Origin: an uncultured Bacillota bacterium
GTDB lineage: Bacteria > Bacillota > DTU025 > MWDF01
Assembly (NCBI GenBank): GCA_963823655.1
Contig: CAWGMK010000002.1
Span: 1 to 64,000, forward strand
Direction: 5' to 3'
DNA length: 64,000 nt
Each line of letters starts with the position of its first letter. Position 1 is the stretch's first letter. Under the pieces are notes generated by a model, which made no database searches, had not been told where the DNA came from, and saw nothing but the letters and a program-made list of their open reading frames with translations. The position numbers were made by a program, and so were the translations under genes. Of the stretch, positions 1 through 9,862 are shown one piece after another.

Positions 1-478
1 GGCCAGTTCGTAGCCCGTTCGAAGGACGTTCCCTCGGTAGTTGCCAAGGGCGAGTACGCGGTAGGCTTCGCAGTACCCAGCTACATGGCGTTCGAAGAGT
101 ACCTCAACGGCTATGACATCAAATTCATCGCCCCTGAGGGCTGCTATGTCACTCCTGAGCCGATCGCAGTAATCAAGAACAGCAAGAACGCCAACGCCGC
201 AAAGGCATTCATTGAGTATCTGCTCACCGACGAGGGGCAGAAGATGTTCATAGACCACGGCCTATTCCCGGTAATGCCGGATATGAAGGTACAGGGCGCA
301 GCCGGTTCAACAGCCGAGAAGGCAGTACAGTTCTACGGCGGGCGCAGGTCGTACTTCGATGCGCAAGGTTGAGAACAGCTATAACAACGTGCTTGCCGAT
401 GGCAGGTACGCTGATGTTAACAAGTACTTCCGCGACAACATCTTCGCCAAGATCGAGGAACTGAAGAAGAAGTACTAG
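1..478 (+). CDS. ABC transporter substrate-binding protein (Fe3+/polyamine/thiamine class), 5'-truncated by window edge, frameshift near 362-366
   Basis: Frame 1 is open from base 1 (GQFVARSKDVPSVVAKGEYAVGF...PEPIAVIKNSKNANAAKAFIEYLLTDEGQ). After the TGA at 370-372 a shifted frame continues KVENSYNNVLADGRY...KKKY to TAG 476-478. Lies upstream of ABC ATPase and permease. Confidence 0.75.
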
Positions 479-506
479 GCAATCCGCAGGAACAATCCAA
501 ATCGCG

Positions 507-536
507 ATGCGGGCGGGCTTTACTGCCCGTCCGCAT
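507..536 (+). other. Intercistronic stem-loop after the SBP gene
   Basis: ATGCGGGCGGGC / GCCCGTCCGCAT inverted repeat without a strong U-tract, typical of an mRNA-stabilising hairpin after an SBP gene. Confidence 0.5.
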
Positions 537-570
537 TATGTAGTACAAGTGAATGTTTGAGGTGGAGCCT

Positions 571-1644
571 ATGGACATTAAGCTTTCGGGCGTAACCAAG
601 CGCTTCAACAAGTTCGAAGCTCTTAGCAGAGTGGACCTTGAGATCAAAGACGGCGAGCTCTTCACTCTCCTGGGCCCTTCGGGCTGCGGGAAGACTACGA
701 CGCTGAGGCTCATCGCCGGATTTTACATACCCGATGAGGGGAAGATTTACTTCGGAGGCAACGAGGTTCAGGACATCCCCACTTCCAAGAGGAAGATCGG
801 CATGGTGTTCCAGAACTACGCGCTGTGGCCTCACATGACGGTGTTCAGAAACGTGGCCTACGGCCTGCAGTTCAAGCATGTGGCCAAGTCCGATTGGCCC
901 AAGCTCGTGAACGAGGCGCTGCTTAAAGTGGGCCTCACTGGCTATGAGAACAGGTATCCGGGGCAGCTTTCCGGAGGTCAGCAACAGAGGGTGGCCCTTG
1001 CAAGAGCCCTTGCGCTGAACCCCGATGTGCTGCTTCTGGACGAGCCGCTCTCAAACCTGGACGCCAAGATAAGAGGCTCGGTCAGGGCCGAGATAAGGAA
1101 GCTCCAACAGGCTCTGGGCATCACGACAATATACGTCACCCACGACCAGGAGGAGGCGCTAACGCTTTCCGACAGGATCGGAATCATGAACGAGGGCAAG
1201 CTCGTCCAGATAGGCAGCCCGCATGAGATGTACGAAAAACCGGTATGCAGGTTCGTCGCCGACTTCATCGGCACGAACAACCTAATATCGGGCACAGTGA
1301 AGTCGATAACCGGCGGCTGGGTGTACGTCGAAACGACTGAGGGCCTGCTTACCGGCATGAGCAACTACGACTGCAAGACCGGCGACAAGTGCACTGTCTC
1401 CTTCAGGCCCGAGAACGTCCATGTGATGGGTAAGGCCGATGAGGGCAACTTCGACAACGTACTAGGCGGCAAGGTGAGCTTCGCAAGCTATATGGGCAAT
1501 ACGCTAAGGTACGAGGTCGAGCAGGCGAGCGGCGCGCTCATCAAGGCGGACATCAAGAACCCGTTGGGCTATAAGGAAATGGCTTGGGGCACTGAAGTCA
1601 AAGTCGGCTTCCAGAAGGCCTCGGCCCTCGTGATCCCGGATTAA
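571..1644 (+). CDS. ABC transporter ATP-binding protein (PotA/FbpC-like, C-terminal TOBE domain)
   Basis: Walker A GPSGCGKTT, signature LSGGQQQRVALARAL, Walker B LLLDEP, YVTHDQEEA. RBS GAGGTGG precedes ATG 571 (ORF track starts at 553). Confidence 0.92.
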   Translation: MDIKLSGVTKRFNKFEALSRVDLEIKDGELFTLLGPSGCGKTTTLRLIAGFYIPDEGKIYFGGNEVQDIPTSKRKIGMVFQNYALWPHMTVFRNVAYGLQFKHVAKSDWPKLVNEALLKVGLTGYENRYPGQLSGGQQQRVALARALALNPDVLLLDEPLSNLDAKIRGSVRAEIRKLQQALGITTIYVTHDQEEALTLSDRIGIMNEGKLVQIGSPHEMYEKPVCRFVADFIGTNNLISGTVKSITGGWVYVETTEGLLTGMSNYDCKTGDKCTVSFRPENVHVMGKADEGNFDNVLGGKVSFASYMGNTLRYEVEQASGALIKADIKNPLGYKEMAWGTEVKVGFQKASALVIPD

Positions 1645-1678
1645 TCCCAGCTCCAATTATTAAGGGCGGTGATGCTTT

Positions 1679-3748
1679 ATGAACGAAAGTAGCGGAGCCG
1701 GGATGATCAAGTTCAGAAGATGGATGAAGGCCTCCAACCCCTGGGTGTGGCCTATATACATATTCCTGGCGTTCTTTGTCATATTCCCGCTTGTTAAACT
1801 TTTCGTGGACTCCTTCACGACGGCCGACGTGCCCCTCTCAGCGCTTAGGGAAGCCGTAATGACGGTAGACCTGATGGACGAGAAGATAGCGTCCGGCGAC
1901 GATACAGGCTCTAAGGCGGCTCTTGAGGACCTACTCGTGCAGATAGACAGGTCGAAGTTGGCGATAACCAGAACCGCCGAAGCCCTGGATTATTCCAGCT
2001 GGTCGCAGCAGGAAGCAATTGACGACTGGAACAAGGCGCTGGCTGCCATCGACGAGAAGGGTCAGGCGCTTGCAGCAATGGCTACCCCCGAGGAGGCGGT
2101 CGCAGAGGCGCATGCTCTCAAAGATCTCATAAACGACGCCCTGAAGCTTCCCAGCAAGGCATTCTCGACCAAGTTCTTCCTGGACGTTTTCAAGGATAAA
2201 GTCTATACCAGGGCGCTGATTAATTCCCTTACGCTTGGCATAGCATCTGTGATTACTGCTTCGATCATAGGATTCACAGTAGCATACCTGCTGGTGAGGT
2301 ACGACTTCCCCGGAAGGAAGCTGTTCAACTTCCTGACGATGATACCAATAGTCATGCCCCCGCTAGTCGGCGTCCTAGGCTTTATATTCATACTGGGCAG
2401 GGGAGGCACCGTAAACGAGCTGTTCTACATCTTTGCAGGCAGGATCGAGACCGCGTGGCCCTGGCTTGCCAACTGGCTTTTCGACCACCTGCCGTTCAAC
2501 TTCGTCTACGGCTGGCACGGCCTTCTCATGGTCGAGACGCTGCATCTATTCCCGCTCATAACGCTTAATGTCGTGGACTCCTTAAGCAAGATCGACGCAT
2601 CCTTGGAAGAGGCCGCGGAGAGCATGGGCTCGGTCGGCTTCAAAAGGCTGTTCGACATAACAATACCGCTTACGATACCTGGCTTCGTGACAGGCGCGCT
2701 TCTGGTCTTCATATGGGCTTTCGCGGACTTCGCGACGCCGCATGTTGTGGGCCTCAATAACTTCATAGCGCCGTTGGCGTTCATGGACATACAGCAGTTC
2801 ATAGACCGGAACCTGTTCAAGATGGGCATCACGGTAGGCGCTGTGATGGTCCTCTGGTCCATAGTCTTCCTGCTCATCGCAAAGAAGTACGTATCCATGA
2901 AGGACTACAGCACGCTGTCCTACAGGCCTGTGGAGAGGAAGAGGCTCACCAAGGGCTGGGCAGCCCTCGCCCTCATATTCCTCATAGTGCTGATGCTCTT
3001 CGCCTTCATACCGTACCTTGGCGTGGGGCTTGCGTCATTTGCGGGCAAGTGGTCAATGTCGCCGCTTCCCACGACGTGGACGCTGCATCACTACAAACGG
3101 GTGATATTCGACGCCCCTGGATACATAGTCAATACCTTCATGTACTGCACGCTGGCAGTTGTCCTGTGCATACTTATAGGCCTGCCGATCGCATGGATCA
3201 TGGCGAGGACCAAGATGCGCTCGCGCGGCATTCTGGACATACTCACTACGCTGGTGCTGGCATTGCCGGGCACTGCGCTGGGCATCGCATACATAAGGGC
3301 TTTCAACTCGCCTATTCTGATAAAACAGCCGCTGGCGAACATATGGATCATCATACCCATAGTCCTTGCGGTCAGAAGGCTTCCATATACGGTCCGCTCT
3401 TCCTACAGCTCGCTGATCGTGGTGCACAGGTCCATGGAAGAGGCGGCCGAGTCGGTAGGAGCCGGCATGATGAAGACCTTCAAGGACATCACGATGCCTC
3501 TCATCTGGAAGGGAGTGCTCGCGGGCGCCCTGTTCTCCTTCATGACCTCGATACAGGAGAGCGCGGCAACCATACTGCTCTCGATACCGGGCTGGGAGAC
3601 GATGACGGTCGGCATATTCAACTTCTATACGGGCGGCACGCACGGGGATGCGGCATCTCTTGGCTTCATCCTGATAATAGTGGGCATAGTGACCTTGTAT
3701 GTGGTCAACAGGCTGAGCACCTCGAAATCCGGGGGCTTCTTCGGTTGA
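1679..3748 (+). CDS. Fused ABC permease (FbpB-like, two BPD_transp_1 domains) with an inserted soluble helical segment
   Basis: Two EAA loops (SLEEAAESMG, SMEEAAESVG), about 12 hydrophobic segments, operon with the ATPase. Confidence 0.9.
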   Translation: MNESSGAGMIKFRRWMKASNPWVWPIYIFLAFFVIFPLVKLFVDSFTTADVPLSALREAVMTVDLMDEKIASGDDTGSKAALEDLLVQIDRSKLAITRTAEALDYSSWSQQEAIDDWNKALAAIDEKGQALAAMATPEEAVAEAHALKDLINDALKLPSKAFSTKFFLDVFKDKVYTRALINSLTLGIASVITASIIGFTVAYLLVRYDFPGRKLFNFLTMIPIVMPPLVGVLGFIFILGRGGTVNELFYIFAGRIETAWPWLANWLFDHLPFNFVYGWHGLLMVETLHLFPLITLNVVDSLSKIDASLEEAAESMGSVGFKRLFDITIPLTIPGFVTGALLVFIWAFADFATPHVVGLNNFIAPLAFMDIQQFIDRNLFKMGITVGAVMVLWSIVFLLIAKKYVSMKDYSTLSYRPVERKRLTKGWAALALIFLIVLMLFAFIPYLGVGLASFAGKWSMSPLPTTWTLHHYKRVIFDAPGYIVNTFMYCTLAVVLCILIGLPIAWIMARTKMRSRGILDILTTLVLALPGTALGIAYIRAFNSPILIKQPLANIWIIIPIVLAVRRLPYTVRSSYSSLIVVHRSMEEAAESVGAGMMKTFKDITMPLIWKGVLAGALFSFMTSIQESAATILLSIPGWETMTVGIFNFYTGGTHGDAASLGFILIIVGIVTLYVVNRLSTSKSGGFFG

Positions 3749-3780
3749 TGAGTACGAGGTTCAACTAAACGGCGCAATCG

Positions 3781-3823
3781 GGCGGGGCGGCATTCATCAA
3801 AGATGCCGCCCCGCCTTTCTTTC
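3781..3823 (+). terminator. Rho-independent terminator
   Basis: GGCGGGGCGGCAT-loop-ATGCCGCCCCGCC followed by TTTCTTT. Confidence 0.85.
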
Positions 3824-3986
3824 GCTGCTTGGAAGACAAATATCGCAAGTTCGGGCACAAATCAAGTAGGAATCTGGATGAGTCCTTCAGACAGGCAATT
3901 CCCAGAAACCTCGTAAAATCCACCATAACATGTTGGAAATTACGAGGTTTCTTGCTATTATCTACATAGAGAGAGGAGGAATAAGG

Positions 3987-5240
3987 ATGGGTTGGATTGC
4001 CAGAACAATCGCCGATCATCTGAAGAGCATTATCAGGACATTTCCGGCTGTATTAATAACTGGCCCCCGTCAAGTAGGGAAATCAACATTGCTTCAGATG
4101 GTTGTTGGAGACTACGAATATATAACTTTCGACAATCCGCTTCTTCTGCAGCAGGCCAAAGAGGATCCGGCACTGTTTCTTATGAACCATTCTTCAGAGT
4201 TGATTCTCGATGAAATTCAATATGTGCCGGAGTTGTTCCCATATTTGAAAATGAAGATTGATGATATGCGGTTGGCTTCATTGAAAGATAGTCTGCCAGA
4301 AAAGTGCCTATTCGTTATGTCCGGTTCGCAGGCTTATCATCTTATGCAGAACGTTAGCGAATCCCTTGCCGGAAGACTGGCTATACTCCCAATTCAAGGG
4401 ATCTCCTATCGTGAACGGAAAGCTGTGGCCTGTGCGCTACCGTTCATACCAAATGATAAATATCTTACGGCTCGCAATAAAGAGCGCCTAGATACAGATG
4501 ACCTCTGGCCCATGATTCATCGAGGCTGCATGCCTGGGCTTGTTGCGTCACAGGATGATTGGGATACATTCTATTCGAGTTATGTTAGTACATACATCGA
4601 ACGCGATGTGAATCAACTGACAAAGATTTCGGATAGAGGCGACTTCGTACGTTTCATGTCTGCTCTTGCGGCTCGTAGCGGTGAGCTTCTAAATTATGAT
4701 GGTTTGGCAAGGGATGTAGGAGTTTCTGCTTCAACGATGAGACGCTGGGTTCAGATTTTGGAGAGTTCGGGCATTATTCTACAGCTATATCCTTACCACA
4801 ATAACCATCTGAAGCGCATGATTAAATCACCAAAGATATTCTTCATGGACACAGGACTTATGGCTTGGTTGACAAGATGGAATACACCAGGAGCAATCCA
4901 ATTTGGCGCAAAAGCCGGCCAATTCTTCGAAACCTGGGTAGTATCAGAGATTGTAAAGTCCTACTTAAATGCAGGGAAGTCGGTAAGGGACCTTTATTAT
5001 TATAGGGATGCAGATCAACGAGAAATCGACCTGATTTTAGAAGTTGGCAGGATAGTATATCCAATAGAAATCAAAATGACGGCAAAGCCCGATAAAAAAA
5101 TGGCACAGGCATTTAGACTTCTGGAACCATTAACTGAAGCAGGGGATATGCAATTAGGGGATGGAGCTGTTATTAACCAATATCCTGAGCTTATGTTTCT
5201 GAAAGAGGGTATCCGTGCAATTCCTGTGGGATATCTATAA
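3987..5240 (+). CDS. AAA_14/DUF4143 ATP-binding protein
   Basis: GPRQVGKST, LILDEIQ, SGSQ, ESLAGR, KSPKIFFMDTGL and C-terminal YYRD..REIDL..IEIK nuclease-like motif. RBS AGGAGG before ATG 3987. More AT-rich than flanks. Confidence 0.88.
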   Translation: MGWIARTIADHLKSIIRTFPAVLITGPRQVGKSTLLQMVVGDYEYITFDNPLLLQQAKEDPALFLMNHSSELILDEIQYVPELFPYLKMKIDDMRLASLKDSLPEKCLFVMSGSQAYHLMQNVSESLAGRLAILPIQGISYRERKAVACALPFIPNDKYLTARNKERLDTDDLWPMIHRGCMPGLVASQDDWDTFYSSYVSTYIERDVNQLTKISDRGDFVRFMSALAARSGELLNYDGLARDVGVSASTMRRWVQILESSGIILQLYPYHNNHLKRMIKSPKIFFMDTGLMAWLTRWNTPGAIQFGAKAGQFFETWVVSEIVKSYLNAGKSVRDLYYYRDADQREIDLILEVGRIVYPIEIKMTAKPDKKMAQAFRLLEPLTEAGDMQLGDGAVINQYPELMFLKEGIRAIPVGYL

Positions 5241-5337
5241 TGACTTTCGATCAAATGGCCAGGCAGCTGACTATCAGGTTGCCGGGCCGTAAGCCGGTGA
5301 ACGTGCAGAAGTCTGATAACGTCTAGCAAAGCACAAG

Positions 5338-5369
5338 AAAAAGCCGGGGCCCCAATAGAAGCCCCGGCT
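5338..5369 (-). terminator. Rho-independent terminator of the TM2 gene
   Basis: AGCCGGGGC / GCCCCGGCT hairpin with an A-run on the left (U-tract on the minus strand). Confidence 0.7.
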
Positions 5370-5389
5370 AATAGATTGGAACGCTTTTG

Positions 5390-5785
5390 TTACTTGATCG
5401 CCATCAGCAGATCGTAGTTATAGGCGAAGGTCCTCTTCTTGATGCTGAAAAGGTCGATTATCCACCATATGCCGAAACCGCCGCCGGTTACGACTTTGAT
5501 GACGCCGAGCACGGTGTCATCGAGGAAGAAACGGTCAATTCCCACGAGCGCCCATATGAGCATCTGCTCGGGATCCCTGTAATCCTCATTTATCGCCATG
5601 GTGAAGGAATTCTCGCTGAGGCCTGCCAGCTTGGACTTTACGCTCTCAAGCACTGTGGGGTCGAACCAGTCGCCTTTCTGGGCTACGAACGTGTTGATGT
5701 TCTCGGTCCTGGTGGCCGCAGCTACGGAAAGCGGGAATACCAATAACATTGCAGCTAGAATAATGACGGTAATTGTTTTCCTCAT
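5390..5785 (-). CDS. TM2 domain-containing membrane protein with signal peptide
   Basis: LVGIDRFFL...GVIKVVTGGGFGIWWIIDLFSI is the TM2 motif. RBS AGGAGG before MRKTIT at 5785. Confidence 0.82.
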   Translation of the reverse strand: MRKTITVIILAAMLLVFPLSVAAATRTENINTFVAQKGDWFDPTVLESVKSKLAGLSENSFTMAINEDYRDPEQMLIWALVGIDRFFLDDTVLGVIKVVTGGGFGIWWIIDLFSIKKRTFAYNYDLLMAIK

Positions 5786-5869
5786 CCTATCGCCTCCTAT
5801 AAAAATGATTACAAGCATATATTATTCACCTGTAGTCAAAAATCCTTCATGCCTGCGTAATTTAGTTAT

Positions 5870-5898
5870 AAAAAATGAGGGGCGGATTTCCCGCCCCC
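5870..5898 (-). terminator. Terminator of the DUF3798 ABC operon
   Basis: GGGGCGG / CCGCCCC hairpin with an A-run on the + strand, just past the stop at 5918. Confidence 0.6.
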
Positions 5899-5917
5899 CA
5901 AAAGCGCCGATGGTTGA

Positions 5918-7057
5918 TTACCTGTTGCGCCTGTTCTGTATCGCGTGCATGGCGAGCGCCACAGCGATGACCGAGTATGAAATCAGCTGCCTGAACCATT
6001 CGCCTATCTGCGGTTCTCCGAACAGCTTCTGGCCTGCAAGAGGCGACACCACGAACAGGGTATGGAACAGGAGCACGCCCACTATCGCGTTCCATATGCC
6101 GGCCCTCTTGACCGAGGCGCCTCCGACTAGCAGCGCTGCAACCGAGAACATGCCCACCTGCTCATGTGCGTTGAAGGTGTTCAAAGAGCCCAGGTTCTGC
6201 AGGAATATCAGCTGCCCCCAGGCCGCCAGCACCGTCGAGTAGATGACTGCCGTAATCCTCACCTTGTCGACTTTGATTCCGGATACTTCCGCAATCGCCA
6301 TGTCCTGGCCGATGGCCCTGAAGTTCTGGCCAAGCTTTGTCTTCATGAGGAATACGATGGCAATGCAAAGAAGAAGCGACATGAAGAAGGCGCCAAGAGG
6401 CACCCTCCAGGGGCCGAATGTGTCTGTCCATATGATGCCGTTCCAGTTGAAGAGCCTTGCGAATACATTGTCCAGCGAGTAGTAGATATTGCTCAGGTCT
6501 ATCGTGTTTCTCAGGCCTACGCCGTTGCTGAGCATTATCTGCTGGGCGACGGGCGAGCTCATGCTCACGGGTATCAGGGTCCCTATTAGCATAAGGAAGA
6601 GCAGCTGATAGACGCCGTTTGCGAAGAAGCCCATTATCATGCCTGTTATCATCTCTCGGCCCTTGGCCCTGTTGAAGATGCTGCCCACTATCCAGCCGAA
6701 GAGCACGGACAGCGGTACCGATATTGCCATTGCCGACAGGAAGCCGAACAGGCCCTTCAGCTGAAGGAATGTGATTACAATAAGTGCGATCTGCCCGGAC
6801 ATGGCGCCGACTACTATACCGAAGTTTAGCCCTATGCCGGCAGTCACCGGAATGAGAAGCGAAAGGACTATGAATAAGTTCCTGCCGAGCCTGGATAGAA
6901 GCTCGCCGATCAGGTAGTTGATGTCGAGATCCGATGCTATGATGCTCGCCAAGCAGAGCACCGTGAAGAAGATGGGGACCCCCGACTGGGCCAATATGCC
7001 TCTTAGGCGACTCTGGTTCTTGACGGTGGGGACTGTCGCTAATCTGTTGTCCGCCAT
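5918..7057 (-). CDS. ABC transporter permease (BPD_transp_2, sugar/nucleoside class)
   Basis: Hydrophobic; GIGLNFG, KTKLGQNFRAIGQDMAIAEVSGI, AALLVGGAS motifs. Confidence 0.88.
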   Translation of the reverse strand: MADNRLATVPTVKNQSRLRGILAQSGVPIFFTVLCLASIIASDLDINYLIGELLSRLGRNLFIVLSLLIPVTAGIGLNFGIVVGAMSGQIALIVITFLQLKGLFGFLSAMAISVPLSVLFGWIVGSIFNRAKGREMITGMIMGFFANGVYQLLFLMLIGTLIPVSMSSPVAQQIMLSNGVGLRNTIDLSNIYYSLDNVFARLFNWNGIIWTDTFGPWRVPLGAFFMSLLLCIAIVFLMKTKLGQNFRAIGQDMAIAEVSGIKVDKVRITAVIYSTVLAAWGQLIFLQNLGSLNTFNAHEQVGMFSVAALLVGGASVKRAGIWNAIVGVLLFHTLFVVSPLAGQKLFGEPQIGEWFRQLISYSVIAVALAMHAIQNRRNR

Positions 7058-7061
7058 TTTA

Positions 7062-8144
7062 CTACCTCCCCCCCGTAGCCCTGGTCAGGGCGTAGAGTAT
7101 CATGCCGTTGCTGATCATGACCCTTGCTATCTCGCTTATCTCGGAGCCCTCCATAACAGCCTGTGTTACGGGAGGGGCGACTGTAAGCAGAGTCTGGAAC
7201 AACACTGCGCCAATTATGACATTCGAGATGCTGGCCTTCTTGAGCGACGCGCCGCCTATTAGGATGGCGGCGATGGCGGGGAAGGCGGCCGACTGCGGCG
7301 CCGTATATAGCTGCATGAAGCCGTAGCTTTGCGCGAAGATTATAATCCCCACTGCGCCGAGCACGGTGGACATCACAACGCCTACCCTCTTCATACTGCC
7401 CACGTTGATGCCGGAAGATGTGGCATATGAGGGGTTGGAGCCGGTGGCCAGCATCGCAAGCCCGGTCTTCGAGCGGAGGAACAGGTACATCAAGAGGCAC
7501 AGCGTCAGCCAGAACAGGATAAGCCCTGTCGGAACCGAGATGCCTCCTATGTTGAACGCGAGGAAGTTATTGAGCACCTTGCCGAAGGTGTCGGTCATGC
7601 TTATGGTGTATCTCAGGCCTTTGCCGCCGACTGCGAATATGAGCTTGGGGTTTCTGATTGGGGCGAGCATCCAGAAGATGCTCATCCCGAACACTGCGGC
7701 GTATGCAAGGTAGGTGCCGACCATCATCTCTTCGCCGCGCACCCTGTCGAGAACCGCGTGGTAGAGAAGGCCGACGACTACTGCAATGGGCACCGAGATG
7801 AGCAGCGAGACCGCAAGGCCCGCCCAGCCCGCGATGTTCATATTTATTGTCAGTATGCCGCCCAGCAAGCCGCACAGAATGCCTAGGGGCAGGCCGAAGT
7901 TCATGCCGACGCCGCAGACGACCGCCGGAAGCATCGACAGTATGAGTATGCCGTTCATCCCGATTCTAACCAGCGAGTCGCTAAGAAGCTGCTGCACTCC
8001 GAGCCCCTTTATCCATGCGACAACCAGCAGGAGGATTACGAATGCCAGGATGATAAGCCTTGCGACTCCGAATTCCCTAAGCCAGGACAGAAGGTTGAAC
8101 CTCTCCGGCGCCGGGCACTTTTCGGTGTTCTCCTCTTTCCTCAT
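7062..8144 (-). CDS. ABC transporter permease (BPD_transp_2)
   Basis: GVGMNFG, RSKTGLAMLATGSNPSYATSSGI, AAILIGGAS. RBS AGGAGGTG places the start at MRKEENT (8144), overlapping the ATPase stop. Confidence 0.85.
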   Translation of the reverse strand: MRKEENTEKCPAPERFNLLSWLREFGVARLIILAFVILLLVVAWIKGLGVQQLLSDSLVRIGMNGILILSMLPAVVCGVGMNFGLPLGILCGLLGGILTINMNIAGWAGLAVSLLISVPIAVVVGLLYHAVLDRVRGEEMMVGTYLAYAAVFGMSIFWMLAPIRNPKLIFAVGGKGLRYTISMTDTFGKVLNNFLAFNIGGISVPTGLILFWLTLCLLMYLFLRSKTGLAMLATGSNPSYATSSGINVGSMKRVGVVMSTVLGAVGIIIFAQSYGFMQLYTAPQSAAFPAIAAILIGGASLKKASISNVIIGAVLFQTLLTVAPPVTQAVMEGSEISEIARVMISNGMILYALTRATGGR

Positions 8145-9754
8145 CCCTGCTTCACCTCCTTGTGCTTGAGAGTCTCGCCTGCCATCATAAGGCCGAAGTC
8201 CAGATCGGGCGCGTCGGGTGCGAGCACTCCCGCTATCTTGCCCTCGTAGATGATCACTATGCGATCGCACACCTTCCTGAGCTCCGCAAGCTCGGACGAT
8301 GTCATAATTACCGTCGTGCCGAAGTCCCTGTTGAACTTCACAAGCTCGTCCAGGACAAGCTCCTTGGCGCCAACGTCGATGCCGCGGGTGGGCTCTGAGA
8401 CCCACATAAGCTCCGGCTCAAGCGCGAATGCCCTTGCGAGGCACACTTTCTGCTGGTTGCCTCCCGACAGCCTCCTTACCGGCTGTGAAGGGCCCGTGCA
8501 GCGTATATCTAGCTCGTCTATCATCTTGTTGGCGAACTTCCTTATAGCCTTGGTGTCCGAGAGCCTCAGGCTCTTCAGGGGGCCAGGCTTCAGGAACTTG
8601 TCCTGCACCTGCATCGCCGTCATGGACATGTTGAGCTCGGTGGAGTCGTCGAGCAGAAGGCCCGTGCCGCGCCTGTCCTCCGATACGAACGCCATCTTGG
8701 CGGAGAGCGCCTCGTACGGGCGGTTCAGCCTTACGGGCTTGCCGTCCTTACGTAACGGAGCCGGTCGAGCTGAAAAGGCCCATTACGCCGTTTGCGATGC
8801 CGACTTTGCCGTGTCCTGCCAGGCCGCCGATGCCCAGTATCTCGCCGCGCCTGACCTTCAAATCTATGCCTTTGACCTTCTCGCCCGTCATGTTGACGTG
8901 CAGGTCGCTTATGGCAAGCACGATGTCGTCGTCTCCGGGCTCCCTCTTCCTTTTGGGAAGCTCGGTCTTCTCTATGGACCTGCCGACCATGATCTCGGCT
9001 ATCCGCTCGACCTTGGCTTCCTGGCGGGGCATGGAGGCTACGACTTCGCCGTCTCTTAGTATTGTGATATTGTCTGCGACCGCGAGGACCTCATCGAGCC
9101 TGTGGGTGATGAAAAGCATCGCAATCCCCGTGGAGGCGAGCTTCTTCATGGCATCAAGCAGCTTGTCGGCCTCGGACTCCGTGAGCACCGCAGTCGGTTC
9201 GTCAAGCACCAGGAGCTTTACATTCTTCTTGTCTATCTCCCTGGCGATCTCTATGAACTGCTTGTAGCCCACAGGAAGGCCCGCCACCGCGACCCAGTCC
9301 TCGATGCGATATGCCGAGCTTGCGATATGGCCGCTTGCGAGTCCTGCCTCATGCGCTTGATGTCGAGCTTCTCGAAGTCCTTTCCGAAGACGGCGCTGAC
9401 GGGATTCCTCGTGGTTATCTCCCTGTTCAGCTTTATGTTCTCAGTAGCCGTGAAGCCTGGAAGGAGCATGAATTCCTGGTGCACCATGCCGATGCCGAGC
9501 TCCATGGCGTGTCTGGGGGATTTCATCTTAACGGGCTTGCCTGCGAATACCACCTGGCCCTCGTACCCGCCGGTGTCCTTTATTACCGGCATGCCGAACA
9601 GTATGTTCATCAATGTCGATTTGCCCGCGCCGTTCTCGCCTACGAGGGCGTGGATCTCCCCGGGCTTTACGGCCAGGCTGACATTGTGAAGGACGGTGGT
9701 CCCGAAGAACGATTTTCCTATTCCCTGCAGCTGCAGGACGAATTCTTCAGGCAT
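8141..9754 (-). CDS. Two-domain sugar ABC ATP-binding protein (RbsA/MglA-like), frameshifted near 9310 and 8750
   Basis: Three consecutive ORF pieces: GENGAGKST...VHQE; LPVGYKQFIEIAREI...LDEPT...ITHRLDEV; VSEDRRGTGL...LSGGNQQKV...SEPTRGIDVGAK. Confidence 0.85.
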
Positions 9755-9862
9755 AATCCTTGGTCTCCTCTCAACAGCAATCGATGCAGGAAGCCGGGCT
9801 TTCACCCGGCGTCCTGCCACTTATCATTCGGAATTCGTCTTTACGAAGTCCATTGTCGGTTT

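Noticed and set aside
370-372. TGA in the SBP gene as possible selenocysteine
   Set aside because: The read-through frame stops three codons later; the coding continuation is in another frame, so this is an indel.
8145-8405. N-terminal extension of the 447-aa permease ORF
   Set aside because: It overlaps the ATPase 3' end in another frame; the RBS supports a start at 8144.
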